In this document: in pieces, positions 36,809 to 45,246 of the stretch
How the letters are laid out: each line of letters opens with the position of its first letter
Numbering within the stretch: the first letter of the stretch is position 1
NCBI GenBank assembly: GCA_036394995.1
Contig: DASWED010000089.1
Coordinates: 2,042-66,041, forward strand
DNA length: 64,000 bases
Source: Actinomycetota bacterium
GTDB taxonomy: Bacteria; Actinomycetota; UBA4738; JACQTL01
Direction of reading: 5' to 3'
Notes under the pieces: generated by a model
What the model saw: only the letters and a program-made list of their open reading frames with translations
Database searches by the model: none
Told to the model about the DNA's origin: nothing
Program-made: the position numbers and the translations under genes

Positions 36809-38167
36809 GTGGACCGGCGGATCTTCGGGCTGGAGAATGAGTACGGGGTGACCTGCACCTTCCGGGGGCAGCGGCGGCTGTCGCCGGACGAGGTGGCCCG
36901 GTACCTGTTCCGGCGGGTGGTGCACTGGGGGCGGTCGTCGAACGTCTTCCTGGAGAACGGCGCCCGGCTGTATCTCGACGTCGGCTCGCACCCGGAGTAC
37001 GCCACGCCCGAGTGCGACAAGGTCCTCGACCTGGTCGCCCACGACAAAGCGGGGGAGCGGATCCTGGAAGCGCTGCTCTCGGCGGCCCAGCTCCGGCTGC
37101 ACGAGGAGGGCATCTCCGGGGAGGTGTTCCTGTTCAAGAACAACACCGACTCGGCGGGCAACTCCTACGGCTGCCACGAGAACTACCTGGTGGCCCGGCA
37201 GGGCGAGTTCGCCCGGATGGCCGACATCCTGATCCCGTTCTTCGTGACCCGCCAGATCTACTGCGGGGCCGGCAAAGTCCTGCACGGGCCCCGCGGCGCC
37301 CAGTTCTGCCTGTCCCAGCGGGCCGAGCACATCTGGGAGGGCGTCTCCAGCGCCACCACCCGGTCACGCCCGATCATCAACACCCGCGACGAGCCCCACG
37401 CGGACGCGGAGCGGTTCCGCCGGCTCCACGTGATCGTGGGCGACTCGAACATGAGCGAGTGGACGAACCTCATGAAGGTCGGCATCACCCACCTCGTCCT
37501 GCGGATGGTCGAGGAGAACACCGTGATGCGCGACCTGACCCTGGAGAACCCCATCCGGGCCATCCGGGAGATCTCCCACGACATGAGCTGCCGCAAGAAG
37601 GTTCGCCTGGCGAATGGGCGCGAGCTCTCCGCCATCGACGTCCAGAACGAGTACTACGAGCGGACCGCGAAGTTCCACGAGCGCCGGGGCGGCGACGAGC
37701 TGGCCACGAGGCTGCTCCAGGAGTGGCGGGCGGCGCTCGACGCCCTGGCCGCCCAGGAGCCCGAACGGTTGGTCCGCAAGGTGGACTGGGTCACGAAGCA
37801 CGTCCTGATCGAACGGTACCGGGCCAAGCACGGGCTCCCCCTGGCGAGCGCCCGCGTGGCTCTCATGGACCTGGCGTACCACGACGTGAACCGCGACCGG
37901 GGCCTGTACTACCTGCTGGAGCGCAACGGACGCGTCGAACGGGCCGTGGACGAGCGCGACGTCCAACGGGCCATGCGGGAGCCCCCCCAGACCACCCGGG
38001 CCCGCCTCCGGGGCGAGTTCATCCGCCAGGCCAAGCAGCGCCGCCGCGACTACACCGTGGACTGGGTCCACCTCAAGCTGAACGACCAGGCCCAGCGGAC
38101 GGTCCTGTGCAAGGACCCCTTCAAGTCCGTCGACGAACGAGTCGAGCAGCTGATCGCCCACATGTGA
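36809..38167 (+). CDS. pafA: Pup-protein ligase PafA
   Basis: [70 protein letters not shown] is nearly colinear with Mtb PafA as recalled. 452 aa. Confidence 0.95.
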   Translation: MDRRIFGLENEYGVTCTFRGQRRLSPDEVARYLFRRVVHWGRSSNVFLENGARLYLDVGSHPEYATPECDKVLDLVAHDKAGERILEALLSAAQLRLHEEGISGEVFLFKNNTDSAGNSYGCHENYLVARQGEFARMADILIPFFVTRQIYCGAGKVLHGPRGAQFCLSQRAEHIWEGVSSATTRSRPIINTRDEPHADAERFRRLHVIVGDSNMSEWTNLMKVGITHLVLRMVEENTVMRDLTLENPIRAIREISHDMSCRKKVRLANGRELSAIDVQNEYYERTAKFHERRGGDELATRLLQEWRAALDALAAQEPERLVRKVDWVTKHVLIERYRAKHGLPLASARVALMDLAYHDVNRDRGLYYLLERNGRVERAVDERDVQRAMREPPQTTRARLRGEFIRQAKQRRRDYTVDWVHLKLNDQAQRTVLCKDPFKSVDERVEQLIAHM

Positions 38168-38196
38168 CGACGGCCGGGGGGCGGGGCGACGACCCG

Positions 38197-38709
38197 TCAG
38201 CCGGCGAAGGAGATGCGAGGCTCCTCGGCGTCGCCCTCGGCCAGCTCGCGGGCGATGGCCTTGTGGGTGACCGGCGAGGACAGCACGATCGAGGTCACGG
38301 TCTCGCCGTAGGGCATGAGCCGATCGATGAGCTCCTGGAGGTGCTCCACGGACCGAACCGCCACCTTCATGATGTAGGACTCGGCCCCGGTGATCCGGTG
38401 GCACTCCAGGACCTCCGGATACCCCGAGACGATCCGGCCGAGCTCGAGGCAGTTCAGGCCCCGGTGGGTCACCCGGATCAGCGCGGTGAGGGGAAGCCCC
38501 AGGCGAGCGAGGTCGACGTCCAGACGGTAGCCTCGGATGATGCCGTCCTCCTCCATCCTCCGGATCCGGTCGGCGACGGCCGGTGGGGTGAGCCCCACGC
38601 GGCGGCCCAGCTCCGAGTACGAGAGGCGGGCGCTGCCCTGCAGCTCGCGGAGCATGGCCCAGCCGATGTCATCGAGTTCCTGAACGGGTTCCAAGGTCAT
38701 TCCTTCCAT
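38197..38709 (-). CDS. Lrp/AsnC-family transcriptional regulator
   Basis: HTH (SYSELGRRVGLTPPAVADRIRRMEEDGIIRGY) plus a RAM/AsnC_trans_reg domain. Alternative start at 38700. Confidence 0.9.
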   Translation of the reverse strand: MEGMTLEPVQELDDIGWAMLRELQGSARLSYSELGRRVGLTPPAVADRIRRMEEDGIIRGYRLDVDLARLGLPLTALIRVTHRGLNCLELGRIVSGYPEVLECHRITGAESYIMKVAVRSVEHLQELIDRLMPYGETVTSIVLSSPVTHKAIARELAEGDAEEPRISFAG

Positions 38710-38722
38710 CGGATTTCAATTT

Positions 38723-38736
38723 GTGATCCACATCAC
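38723..38736. promoter_or_regulatory. Small palindrome in the AT-richer divergent intergenic region (candidate Lrp operator)
   Basis: GTGATccacATCAC lies inside the only clearly AT-enriched stretch of this region (38710-38793), between the divergent lrp and membrane-protein genes. Confidence 0.3.
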
Positions 38737-38793
38737 CCAGATAGTTTGCATTATCCGTTCACTTCGGGCAAGACTCTTTCTATGATGTCTTCC

Positions 38794-39024
38794 ATGAGGG
38801 CCACGCACAACCCGCGGAGGCACGAGGTCCCGTGGATCGTGATCGGGGCCGCGTTCGTGGCGATCATGGCCGGCCTGGCGGCGCTGGGACGCTCCTCGGG
38901 TTGGCCAGCCGGCCTGCTGCTGCTGACCGTGTTCGGGGGCCTGGCCTGGGGCGCCTGGCGGTGGGGCGCCGACTCCCGGGACGGAGCCGACTGGAAGCCG
39001 CGGGGGCCGGGAGCCGTGCGGTGA
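38794..39024 (+). CDS. Small two-TM membrane protein
   Basis: ATG 38794 sits 7 nt after TATGAT (38781-38786), which is a leaderless pattern; in-frame ATG 38782 is also possible. Sequence PWIVIGAAFVAIMAGLAAL...LLLLTVFGGLAWGAW. Its stop overlaps the next gene's GTG (GTGA). Confidence 0.5.
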   Translation: MRATHNPRRHEVPWIVIGAAFVAIMAGLAALGRSSGWPAGLLLLTVFGGLAWGAWRWGADSRDGADWKPRGPGAVR

Positions 39025-40061
39025 GGGGCCGGACGGCCTCGCCGGCCACGACCCGGGATCCGGCGGTGCGCATCGGTCGGACGGTGACGCCGGCCGTGTG
39101 GGGCGCGCTGTCGATCGTGTACGTGGTGTGGGGCTCGACCTACCTGGCCATCCGCGAGGCGATCCTCACGATGCCCCCGTTCTTCATGGCATCCACGCGG
39201 TTCCTGATCGCCGGCGGGGTCCTGTACCTGGTCGCGGTCCGCCGGGGAGACCGCGAGGCGGACCGCCCGGGGCGCACGCAGTGGCGGGCCGCCACGATCG
39301 TGGGGGGCCTGCTGCTGCTCGGCGGCAACGGCGGCGTGGTGTGGGCCGAGCAGCGCATCCCGTCGGGCACCACGGCGCTGCTCGTGGCCACGGTGCCGCT
39401 GTGGATGGTCGTGATCGGCCGGGCGGCGTTCCGCGAACGGGTCAGGGTCCAGGAGACCCTGGGTGTCCTGATCGGGTTCGGCGGTATCGCCCTGCTGGTG
39501 GTGGGGTCCGGCAGCGGCTCCGGCGGGCTGAACATGGCCGGGGTGGCGGCGGCGCTGGTGGCGCCGGTGTGCTGGGCCACCGGTTCGCTGTACTCGCGAA
39601 GGGCCGCGCTGCCGTCACGTCCGCTGGTCTCGACGGCCATGCAGATGCTCGCCGGCGGCGTGCTCCTGGGGATCGCGGGGTTGGTCACCGGCGAGGTGGC
39701 CGACGTCCATCCCTCCCAAATCTCGCTGGGCTCCGTGGTGGGCCTGGTGTACCTCATCGTGCTGGGGTCGCTGGTCGCGTTCAGCACCTACATGTGGCTG
39801 CTGCGCAACGCCCCCATCTCGCTCGTGGGGACGTACGCGTACGTGAACCCGGTGGTCGCCGTGTTCCTCGGTTGGGCCTTCCTGGACGAGATCATTCGGG
39901 GGACCACCCTGCTGGCCGGCGCGGTCATCGTGGTGGCGGTCGCCCTCATCGTCACGGCCAGGCGACCCCCCGAGCCGCCGCCGGGCCGGAGCGTCCGGGC
40001 CCAGGACAACGGCCACCGTACGGTGGCCCGGGCCGAGTCCGTGGCGTCCGACCCGGCCTGA
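39021..40061 (+). CDS. DMT-superfamily transporter (EamA/RhaT-like, 10 TM)
   Basis: Two EamA repeats (VVWGSTYLAIREA...; VCWATGSLYSRR...). The classical pairing with a divergent Lrp regulator is present. Confidence 0.85.
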   Translation: MRGRTASPATTRDPAVRIGRTVTPAVWGALSIVYVVWGSTYLAIREAILTMPPFFMASTRFLIAGGVLYLVAVRRGDREADRPGRTQWRAATIVGGLLLLGGNGGVVWAEQRIPSGTTALLVATVPLWMVVIGRAAFRERVRVQETLGVLIGFGGIALLVVGSGSGSGGLNMAGVAAALVAPVCWATGSLYSRRAALPSRPLVSTAMQMLAGGVLLGIAGLVTGEVADVHPSQISLGSVVGLVYLIVLGSLVAFSTYMWLLRNAPISLVGTYAYVNPVVAVFLGWAFLDEIIRGTTLLAGAVIVVAVALIVTARRPPEPPPGRSVRAQDNGHRTVARAESVASDPA

Positions 40062-40068
40062 GCCGAGC

Positions 40069-41187
40069 TCAGCCGGCCGGCGGGCCGTTCCCCGCGGGCG
40101 GGGACGCCTTCCACGCCCGCGATCCCGCGGCCATCCGCCCCGCCAGGACCCCCGCGGCGCCGCCGGCCAGGAAGAACGCGGGGTCGTCGGACGGCCTCCG
40201 GCCCATGGACTCCACCTCCACTCCGCGGTCGTGAAGGAGATCGAGCGCGACGTCGCCGGACGCCTCCACCAGCTGGTGGCGTTCCTCCAGACGGGCGGCC
40301 CGGAGCGCGTCCCACACCAGGGACCGGTGCGGCTCGTCCAGGACCGGCACGGCCACGGTCGCCGGCACCAGGCACACCTCCGACAGGATGGTGAGCGAAT
40401 GGTGGGAGACTCCCCGGTGGCGCTCTCGGGGGTCCGCGAACCCGATCCGCAGCGCCGCCACCGGGCGGCCCCCCAGCGTGTGGGCCGCGTTCATCGAGTT
40501 CCCCGTGGCCAGAGCGGAGACCCCCCACCGCGTGGCCGTCCCCAGGTTCCCCGGCCCGTCGGCCACCACGACGACATCGGCCCCCAGCACCTCCACCGCC
40601 GCCAGGAGCCCCGTCCACACCGTGGCCGCCTCCACCTCGCCCCCGAACGCCTGGCCGGCCGTGACGAACCCGTCGAGCAGCTCGCGCTCCCGCAGGCTCG
40701 CCACCAGCCTGGACAGCCCGCCGGGGAGCGCGGCCTGATCGGTCATCACGTGGACCACCCGCTCCGCCCCCGCGGCCCGCGCGCCGGCCGCCACGGGGGC
40801 CACCAGCGAGTGCAGCGGGGCCACGGCCACCGGGGTCCCGGCCAGGCCTCCGGATCGCTCCAGGACCTCCGCGTGGTCCTCCTCGACCGCCCTGACGGCC
40901 GTCTGGGACGGGGTGTACCGGGCCTTCATCATCCCGCCGGCGTCCGGGAGGAGATCCTGGTCGGGGCCTCCCTCGACCGCCATCACCACGTGGAGCCCGC
41001 CGGTCCCCAGACCGAGGGTCACGGCCGTCGTGTTGAGGACCACGGTGTCGCCGGGGACCACGGGCCCGGTCACCGCAGGGTAGGCGACGGCCGGCGCCTC
41101 GGCCCCCTCGATCTCCACGGCCAGCTCCACCGCGCCGGGCCGCTCGGCCGTCACCCGGAGCACCCGTCCCCTCCTCAGCCGGACCAT
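40069..41187 (-). CDS. DUF3866-family protein
   Basis: ATG 41187, 372 aa. LNTTAVTLGLGTGGLHVV and VVADGPGNLGT segments as I recall for DUF3866. The remainder of the 757-aa track ORF upstream is off-target. Confidence 0.75.
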   Translation of the reverse strand: MVRLRRGRVLRVTAERPGAVELAVEIEGAEAPAVAYPAVTGPVVPGDTVVLNTTAVTLGLGTGGLHVVMAVEGGPDQDLLPDAGGMMKARYTPSQTAVRAVEEDHAEVLERSGGLAGTPVAVAPLHSLVAPVAAGARAAGAERVVHVMTDQAALPGGLSRLVASLRERELLDGFVTAGQAFGGEVEAATVWTGLLAAVEVLGADVVVVADGPGNLGTATRWGVSALATGNSMNAAHTLGGRPVAALRIGFADPRERHRGVSHHSLTILSEVCLVPATVAVPVLDEPHRSLVWDALRAARLEERHQLVEASGDVALDLLHDRGVEVESMGRRPSDDPAFFLAGGAAGVLAGRMAAGSRAWKASPPAGNGPPAG

Positions 41188-41194
41188 GACGGCG

Positions 41195-41202
41195 AGTATG
41201 AT
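41195..41202. promoter_or_regulatory. Overlapping back-to-back -10-like elements in the 24-bp gap between DUF3866 and pafB
   Basis: Plus strand: TATGAT 41197-41202, 9 nt before ATG 41212. Minus strand: cATACT 41200-41195, 7 nt before ATG 41187. There is no room for SD-containing leaders. Confidence 0.35.
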
Positions 41203-41211
41203 CCCCGCCGG

Positions 41212-42168
41212 ATGCACCCGCTGGAACGCCTGCTCAACCTGGTGATTCTCCTGCTCGAGACGTCCCGGCCCCTCTCCTTCGAGCAGATCCGCGAGCGTCT
41301 CCCCGCCTACGACCAGGAGGGGGACGAGGCCGCCAAGCGGATGTTCGAACGGGACAAGGACCTCCTGCGGGACCTCGGGGTGCCGGTGGAGGTGGCCTCC
41401 ACGGACGCCTGGGAGGTGGAACAGGGGTACCGGATCCCCAAGGACCAGTACTACCTGCCCGAGATGGAGTTCGACGAGGAGGAGATCTCGGCGCTGTTCG
41501 TGGCCGCGCAGTCGCCGTCGGAGTCGGGCGAGGCCGGGGAGGCCGAGCAGGCCGTTCGCAAGCTCCAGGCGGGGGTCGATCCGAGCGCCCTGGCCCGGCT
41601 GTCGCCGCGGCCCCTGGCGGCGGGGGCCGACGTCGCCGCCGGGCGACTGGTGGCCGTGACCGAGGCCATCGAACGCCGCAGCAGCGTGCGGTTCGAGTAC
41701 CGCGTGGCCGCCGGGGAGGCGGGTGAGCGCCACGTCGACCCGTACTCCCTCGTCTGGCGGGCCGGCCACTGGTACCTGGTGGGGCTGGACCGGGACCGCG
41801 GGGAGGTCCGGTCCTTCCGGCTGTCGCGGTTCCGGTCGGACCCGAAGGAGGCCGGGCCGGGCTCGGCCCCCCCGGAGAGGTTCAACGCGCGGGAGCACGT
41901 CACTCCCGGACGGCGGGGCACGTCCGACGAGCCCGTGGAGGCCCGGGTGGCGTTCTCGCCGGACGTCGCGTGGTGGGCGGCGCCGCCCGAGGCCCGCCAT
42001 GTCCGGACGCTGGACGACGGGTGGGTGGAGATGGCCCTGCCGGCAGACCGGGGCGAGTGGTTCCTGTCGTGGGTCCTGTCGTTCGGACCGGACGCGGTGC
42101 TGCTGGCCCCCCGGGAGCTCCGCGACGAGGCGGTCCGCCGCCTGGAGGCGCTCCGTGAGGCCGGGTAG
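41212..42168 (+). CDS. pafB: PafB (HTH-WYL transcription regulator subunit)
   Basis: N-terminal wHTH (LERLLNLVILLLETSRPLSFEQIRERL), a WYL-type central domain, and position after pafA. Confidence 0.85.
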   Translation: MHPLERLLNLVILLLETSRPLSFEQIRERLPAYDQEGDEAAKRMFERDKDLLRDLGVPVEVASTDAWEVEQGYRIPKDQYYLPEMEFDEEEISALFVAAQSPSESGEAGEAEQAVRKLQAGVDPSALARLSPRPLAAGADVAAGRLVAVTEAIERRSSVRFEYRVAAGEAGERHVDPYSLVWRAGHWYLVGLDRDRGEVRSFRLSRFRSDPKEAGPGSAPPERFNAREHVTPGRRGTSDEPVEARVAFSPDVAWWAAPPEARHVRTLDDGWVEMALPADRGEWFLSWVLSFGPDAVLLAPRELRDEAVRRLEALREAG

Positions 42169-43117
42169 GGTCTCCGAGCGCCTGCGCCGGCTGCTGGCGG
42201 TGGTTCCGTACGTCGTCCAGCATCCCGGCGTCGGCCTGGACGACCTGTCGCGGCTGTTCGGGGTGGAGGAGCATGAGGTGGCCGCGGACCTGGAGCTGCT
42301 GTTCATGTCGGGCCTCCCCCCGTACGGGCCGGGCGACCTCATCGAGGTCCAGGTGGAGGACGGCCGGGTGTGGATCTCGATGGCCGACTACTTCGCCCGC
42401 CCCCTGCGCCTCACGCGGAGCGAGGCCCTGTGGCTGTATCTGCAGGGGACCGCCCTGCTCGGGGCCCCGGGCCTGCACGAGGCCGGGGCCCTGGAATCGG
42501 CGCTGCGCAAGCTGGAGGAGGCCCTGGGGCCGGACACCCTGGGCGGCCTGGCGGGCCGGGTGGAGGTCGCCGAGGCCGGGCCCGCGGCCGGCGACCTGGA
42601 GGCCATCCGGGAGGCCGCGGAGCGCCACCAGCGGCTGGAGATCGAGTATTACGCGGCGTCGACGGACGAGACGTCCGTTCGCCGGATCGATCCCGAGCAG
42701 GTCTTCTCGGCCATCGGGCAGTGGTACGTGGTGGCGTTCGACCATCGCTCGGAGCAGGAGCGGATGTTCCGGGTGGATCGGGTCCGGAGGGCCACCCGGA
42801 CCGGGGAGACGTTCGAACCGAGGGGCCTCCCCGGCGCCGGACGACCCCTGTACAGCCGGTCGCGGGAGGACGTTCCCGTTCGCCTCCGCCTGGCACCCGA
42901 CGCCCGGTGGGTGGCCGAGTACTACGAGACCGACTCCGAGGAGGAGCTGCCGGACGGGGGAGTGGAGGTGGTCCTGCCCACGAAGCGCCTGGGGTGGGTG
43001 GCCCGTCTGGTGCTGCGGCTGGGGGGCTCCGTGAGCGTGGTGGAGCCGCCGGAGCTGGGGGAGGAGGTCCGGCGGGTGGCGACGGAGGCCCTCGAACGGT
43101 ACGCGGCGCTCACCTAG
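42155..43117 (+). CDS. pafC: PafC (HTH-WYL transcription regulator subunit)
   Basis: GTG 42155 overlaps the pafB end. RLRRLLAVVPYVVQHPGVGLDDLSRLFGV HTH, and a WYL-like domain (QWYVVAFDHRSEQERMFRVDRV). Confidence 0.85.
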   Translation: MRPGRVSERLRRLLAVVPYVVQHPGVGLDDLSRLFGVEEHEVAADLELLFMSGLPPYGPGDLIEVQVEDGRVWISMADYFARPLRLTRSEALWLYLQGTALLGAPGLHEAGALESALRKLEEALGPDTLGGLAGRVEVAEAGPAAGDLEAIREAAERHQRLEIEYYAASTDETSVRRIDPEQVFSAIGQWYVVAFDHRSEQERMFRVDRVRRATRTGETFEPRGLPGAGRPLYSRSREDVPVRLRLAPDARWVAEYYETDSEEELPDGGVEVVLPTKRLGWVARLVLRLGGSVSVVEPPELGEEVRRVATEALERYAALT

Positions 43118-43176
43118 CCGGCATCCCGCCGCTCCCGGCCATTGGTCCGCCGCCTCCGCCGAACGGCATCGCCCAC

Positions 43177-43608
43177 ATGGGGGAGTGGATGGACCTTCGG
43201 CTCGACCGCCTCAAGGGGCGTCAAAACGCCGCCGATACCACCCTCGTCATGACCACCATCCGAACGACCTGCCCCCGGTGCGGGGAAGTGGACATGGGGC
43301 CGGAGGCCATCCTGCTCTCCGTCGAACGAGGCGGGAGCGAGGGGTTCTACCGGTTCGTCTGCCCCGAGTGCACGGGCCCGGTGGAGAAGCGGGCGGACCG
43401 CAAGATCGTGGCGCTGCTCGTGTCCGCCGGAGTGGACGTGAGCGACGGCGCCACGGCGGGGGTGCAGGGCCGCCTCGAGCAGCTCACCGAGGTGGTTCCC
43501 GACCCCCGGTTCTCCGACGCTCCCGTGTTCTCGGTGGACGATCTCATCCAGTTCCACTTCCTGCTGCAGGACGACGAGTTCTGCCGCCGGCTCGTCTCGG
43601 CCGAGTAA
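43177..43608 (+). CDS. Hypothetical zinc-ribbon protein
   Basis: CPRCG...CPECTG four-Cys ribbon followed by an acidic helical C-terminus. The start is ambiguous (ATG 43177 or ATG 43249). Confidence 0.6.
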   Translation: MGEWMDLRLDRLKGRQNAADTTLVMTTIRTTCPRCGEVDMGPEAILLSVERGGSEGFYRFVCPECTGPVEKRADRKIVALLVSAGVDVSDGATAGVQGRLEQLTEVVPDPRFSDAPVFSVDDLIQFHFLLQDDEFCRRLVSAE

Positions 43609-43650
43609 CAGGGGCTTCGCCCCCTGGTTCGGGGGGGCCTGCCCCCCGAA
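43609..43650 (+). terminator. Two tandem GC hairpins after the zinc-ribbon gene
   Basis: CAGGGGCttcGCCCC(C)TG at 43609-43626, and TTCGGGGGG-gcctg-CCCCCCGAA at 43628-43650. There is no clear T-tract. Confidence 0.35.
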
Positions 43651-43712
43651 TGCCGCCCGAATGCGCCCCGAGACCCGACTGGCTCGGCGGCCCGGCTCCG
43701 GCCTCCCGGGCT

Positions 43713-44003
43713 ATGCTCGCTGCCATGACGGCTCCCGAGGTGGTGTGGCTGGTGGTCGGGCTCTTCTCGATGGCGCTCCTGCTGGTCATGCTCCTCGGCC
43801 TGTTGAAGCAGCTCAAGCGCCTGACCTCGTCCGTGGCCCAGCTCCAGCGCGAGGTCCAGCCCGTCCTCCAGGGGATCCAGCAGGAGTCGGAGCGCGCCCA
43901 GGCCCGGGCCGCACGGGTCCAGGCCCAGGCCGCCGAGGTCAGGGAGGCCGGCCCGGTCGGCCGGAGCGGGCGGCGGCGGTCCCGGGACCGGGCCCGGCGG
44001 TAG
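43713..44003 (+). CDS. Small membrane-anchored coiled-coil protein (DUF948-like)
   Basis: N-terminal TM (VVWLVVGLFSMALLLVMLLGLL), then a Gln/Ala-rich helix and a basic tail. ATG 43713 or 43725. Confidence 0.55.
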   Translation: MLAAMTAPEVVWLVVGLFSMALLLVMLLGLLKQLKRLTSSVAQLQREVQPVLQGIQQESERAQARAARVQAQAAEVREAGPVGRSGRRRSRDRARR

Positions 44004-44040
44004 AATCGGTCGACCGGGGATCGCCCCCGCCCATTCGACC

Positions 44041-44373
44041 ATGTTCAACGTCGGTCCGGCCGAACTCCTCGTGATCATGCTCGTGGCCCTGCTCATCGTG
44101 GGCCCCAAGCGGCTCCCGGAGGTCGGGAAGTCCATCGGCAAGGCCCTCCGCGAGCTCCGCCGGCAGACCGACGAGGTCCGGTACTCGTTCGAGGCCACCT
44201 TGAATCCGGACGACGACGACGACGAGGACGTGCAGGCCACCCCCGAGGCCCACCCCAGCTCCGAGGAGAAGCCCGGGGACGCCGCCGAGCCCGAGGCCTC
44301 TGAGACCTCCGAGGCTTCCGAGGCCTCTGAGACCTCCCGGGCCCCGGGTCCGCCCTCGGGCGGGCCGGCCTAG
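44041..44373 (+). CDS. tatA: Twin-arginine translocase subunit TatA/E with an acidic repetitive tail
   Basis: MFNVGPAELLVIMLVALLIVGPKRLPEVGKSIGKALRELR is the canonical TatA TM plus amphipathic helix. Confidence 0.9.
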   Translation: MFNVGPAELLVIMLVALLIVGPKRLPEVGKSIGKALRELRRQTDEVRYSFEATLNPDDDDDEDVQATPEAHPSSEEKPGDAAEPEASETSEASEASETSRAPGPPSGGPA

Positions 44374-44397
44374 CCCTCGGGGACCGTACCGACATCC

Positions 44398-45183
44398 ATG
44401 CGGCTGACCAGATGGCTCCGCCGAACGCGCCGGGATCCGTCCCAGCCCATGACGATGGTCGAGCACCTCGAGGAGCTCCGCCGGCGCATCCTCATCTCGC
44501 TCATCGCGACCGCCGTGGCGGCGATCGCCGGGTGGTTCCTGTACGGGCCCGTGTTCCGGTTGATCCTGGGCCCGTACACGCACGCGTGCCTGCAACTGCC
44601 CGTCGCACAGCGACCGCCGGGGATCGATTCGTGCCGCCACGTCTTCGTGCACGGCGTGGTCGGGCCCTTCCTCATCCGGCTGAAGATCGCGCTGTACGTC
44701 GGGCTGGCCATCGCGCTGCCGGTCGTGCTGTACCAGCTGTGGCGGTTCATCACGCCGGGACTCACCCAGAAGGAGCGCAAGCTCACGGTCCCGTTCGTCC
44801 TGTCGTCCATGGTGCTGTTCGCCATGGGCGGGTTCTTCGCGTTCCTCACGATCCCGAGGGGGCTGGCGTTCCTCCTGGGGTTCGGGGGATCGAACATCGT
44901 GGTGCTGCCGGAGGCCGCCAAGTACATCAGCTTCGTTCTGCTCCTCACGCTGGCGTTCGGGATCTCCTTCGAGTTCCCGCTCGTGCTGATCTTCCTGGCG
45001 TGGATCCGGGTGGTGTCGAGCATCCGGCTCCGGCAGTGGCGGCGGTACGCCATCCTGTTCATCGTCATCTTCGCCGCGGTGATCACGCCGAGCCAGGACC
45101 CGTTCACGCTCCTGGCCATGTCGATTCCGATGGTGATCTTCTACGAGGCCACCATCTGGATCACCCGGATCATGAAGCGCTGA
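44398..45183 (+). CDS. tatC: Twin-arginine translocase subunit TatC
   Basis: MTMVEHLEELRRRILISL..., six TM segments, and the typical position after tatA. Confidence 0.9.
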   Translation: MRLTRWLRRTRRDPSQPMTMVEHLEELRRRILISLIATAVAAIAGWFLYGPVFRLILGPYTHACLQLPVAQRPPGIDSCRHVFVHGVVGPFLIRLKIALYVGLAIALPVVLYQLWRFITPGLTQKERKLTVPFVLSSMVLFAMGGFFAFLTIPRGLAFLLGFGGSNIVVLPEAAKYISFVLLLTLAFGISFEFPLVLIFLAWIRVVSSIRLRQWRRYAILFIVIFAAVITPSQDPFTLLAMSIPMVIFYEATIWITRIMKR

Positions 45184-45246
45184 GATCGGTATCCTGACGG
45201 GCCGCATCCACGCAGGCAGATCGAGCAACGAGGGGACATCGACAGC

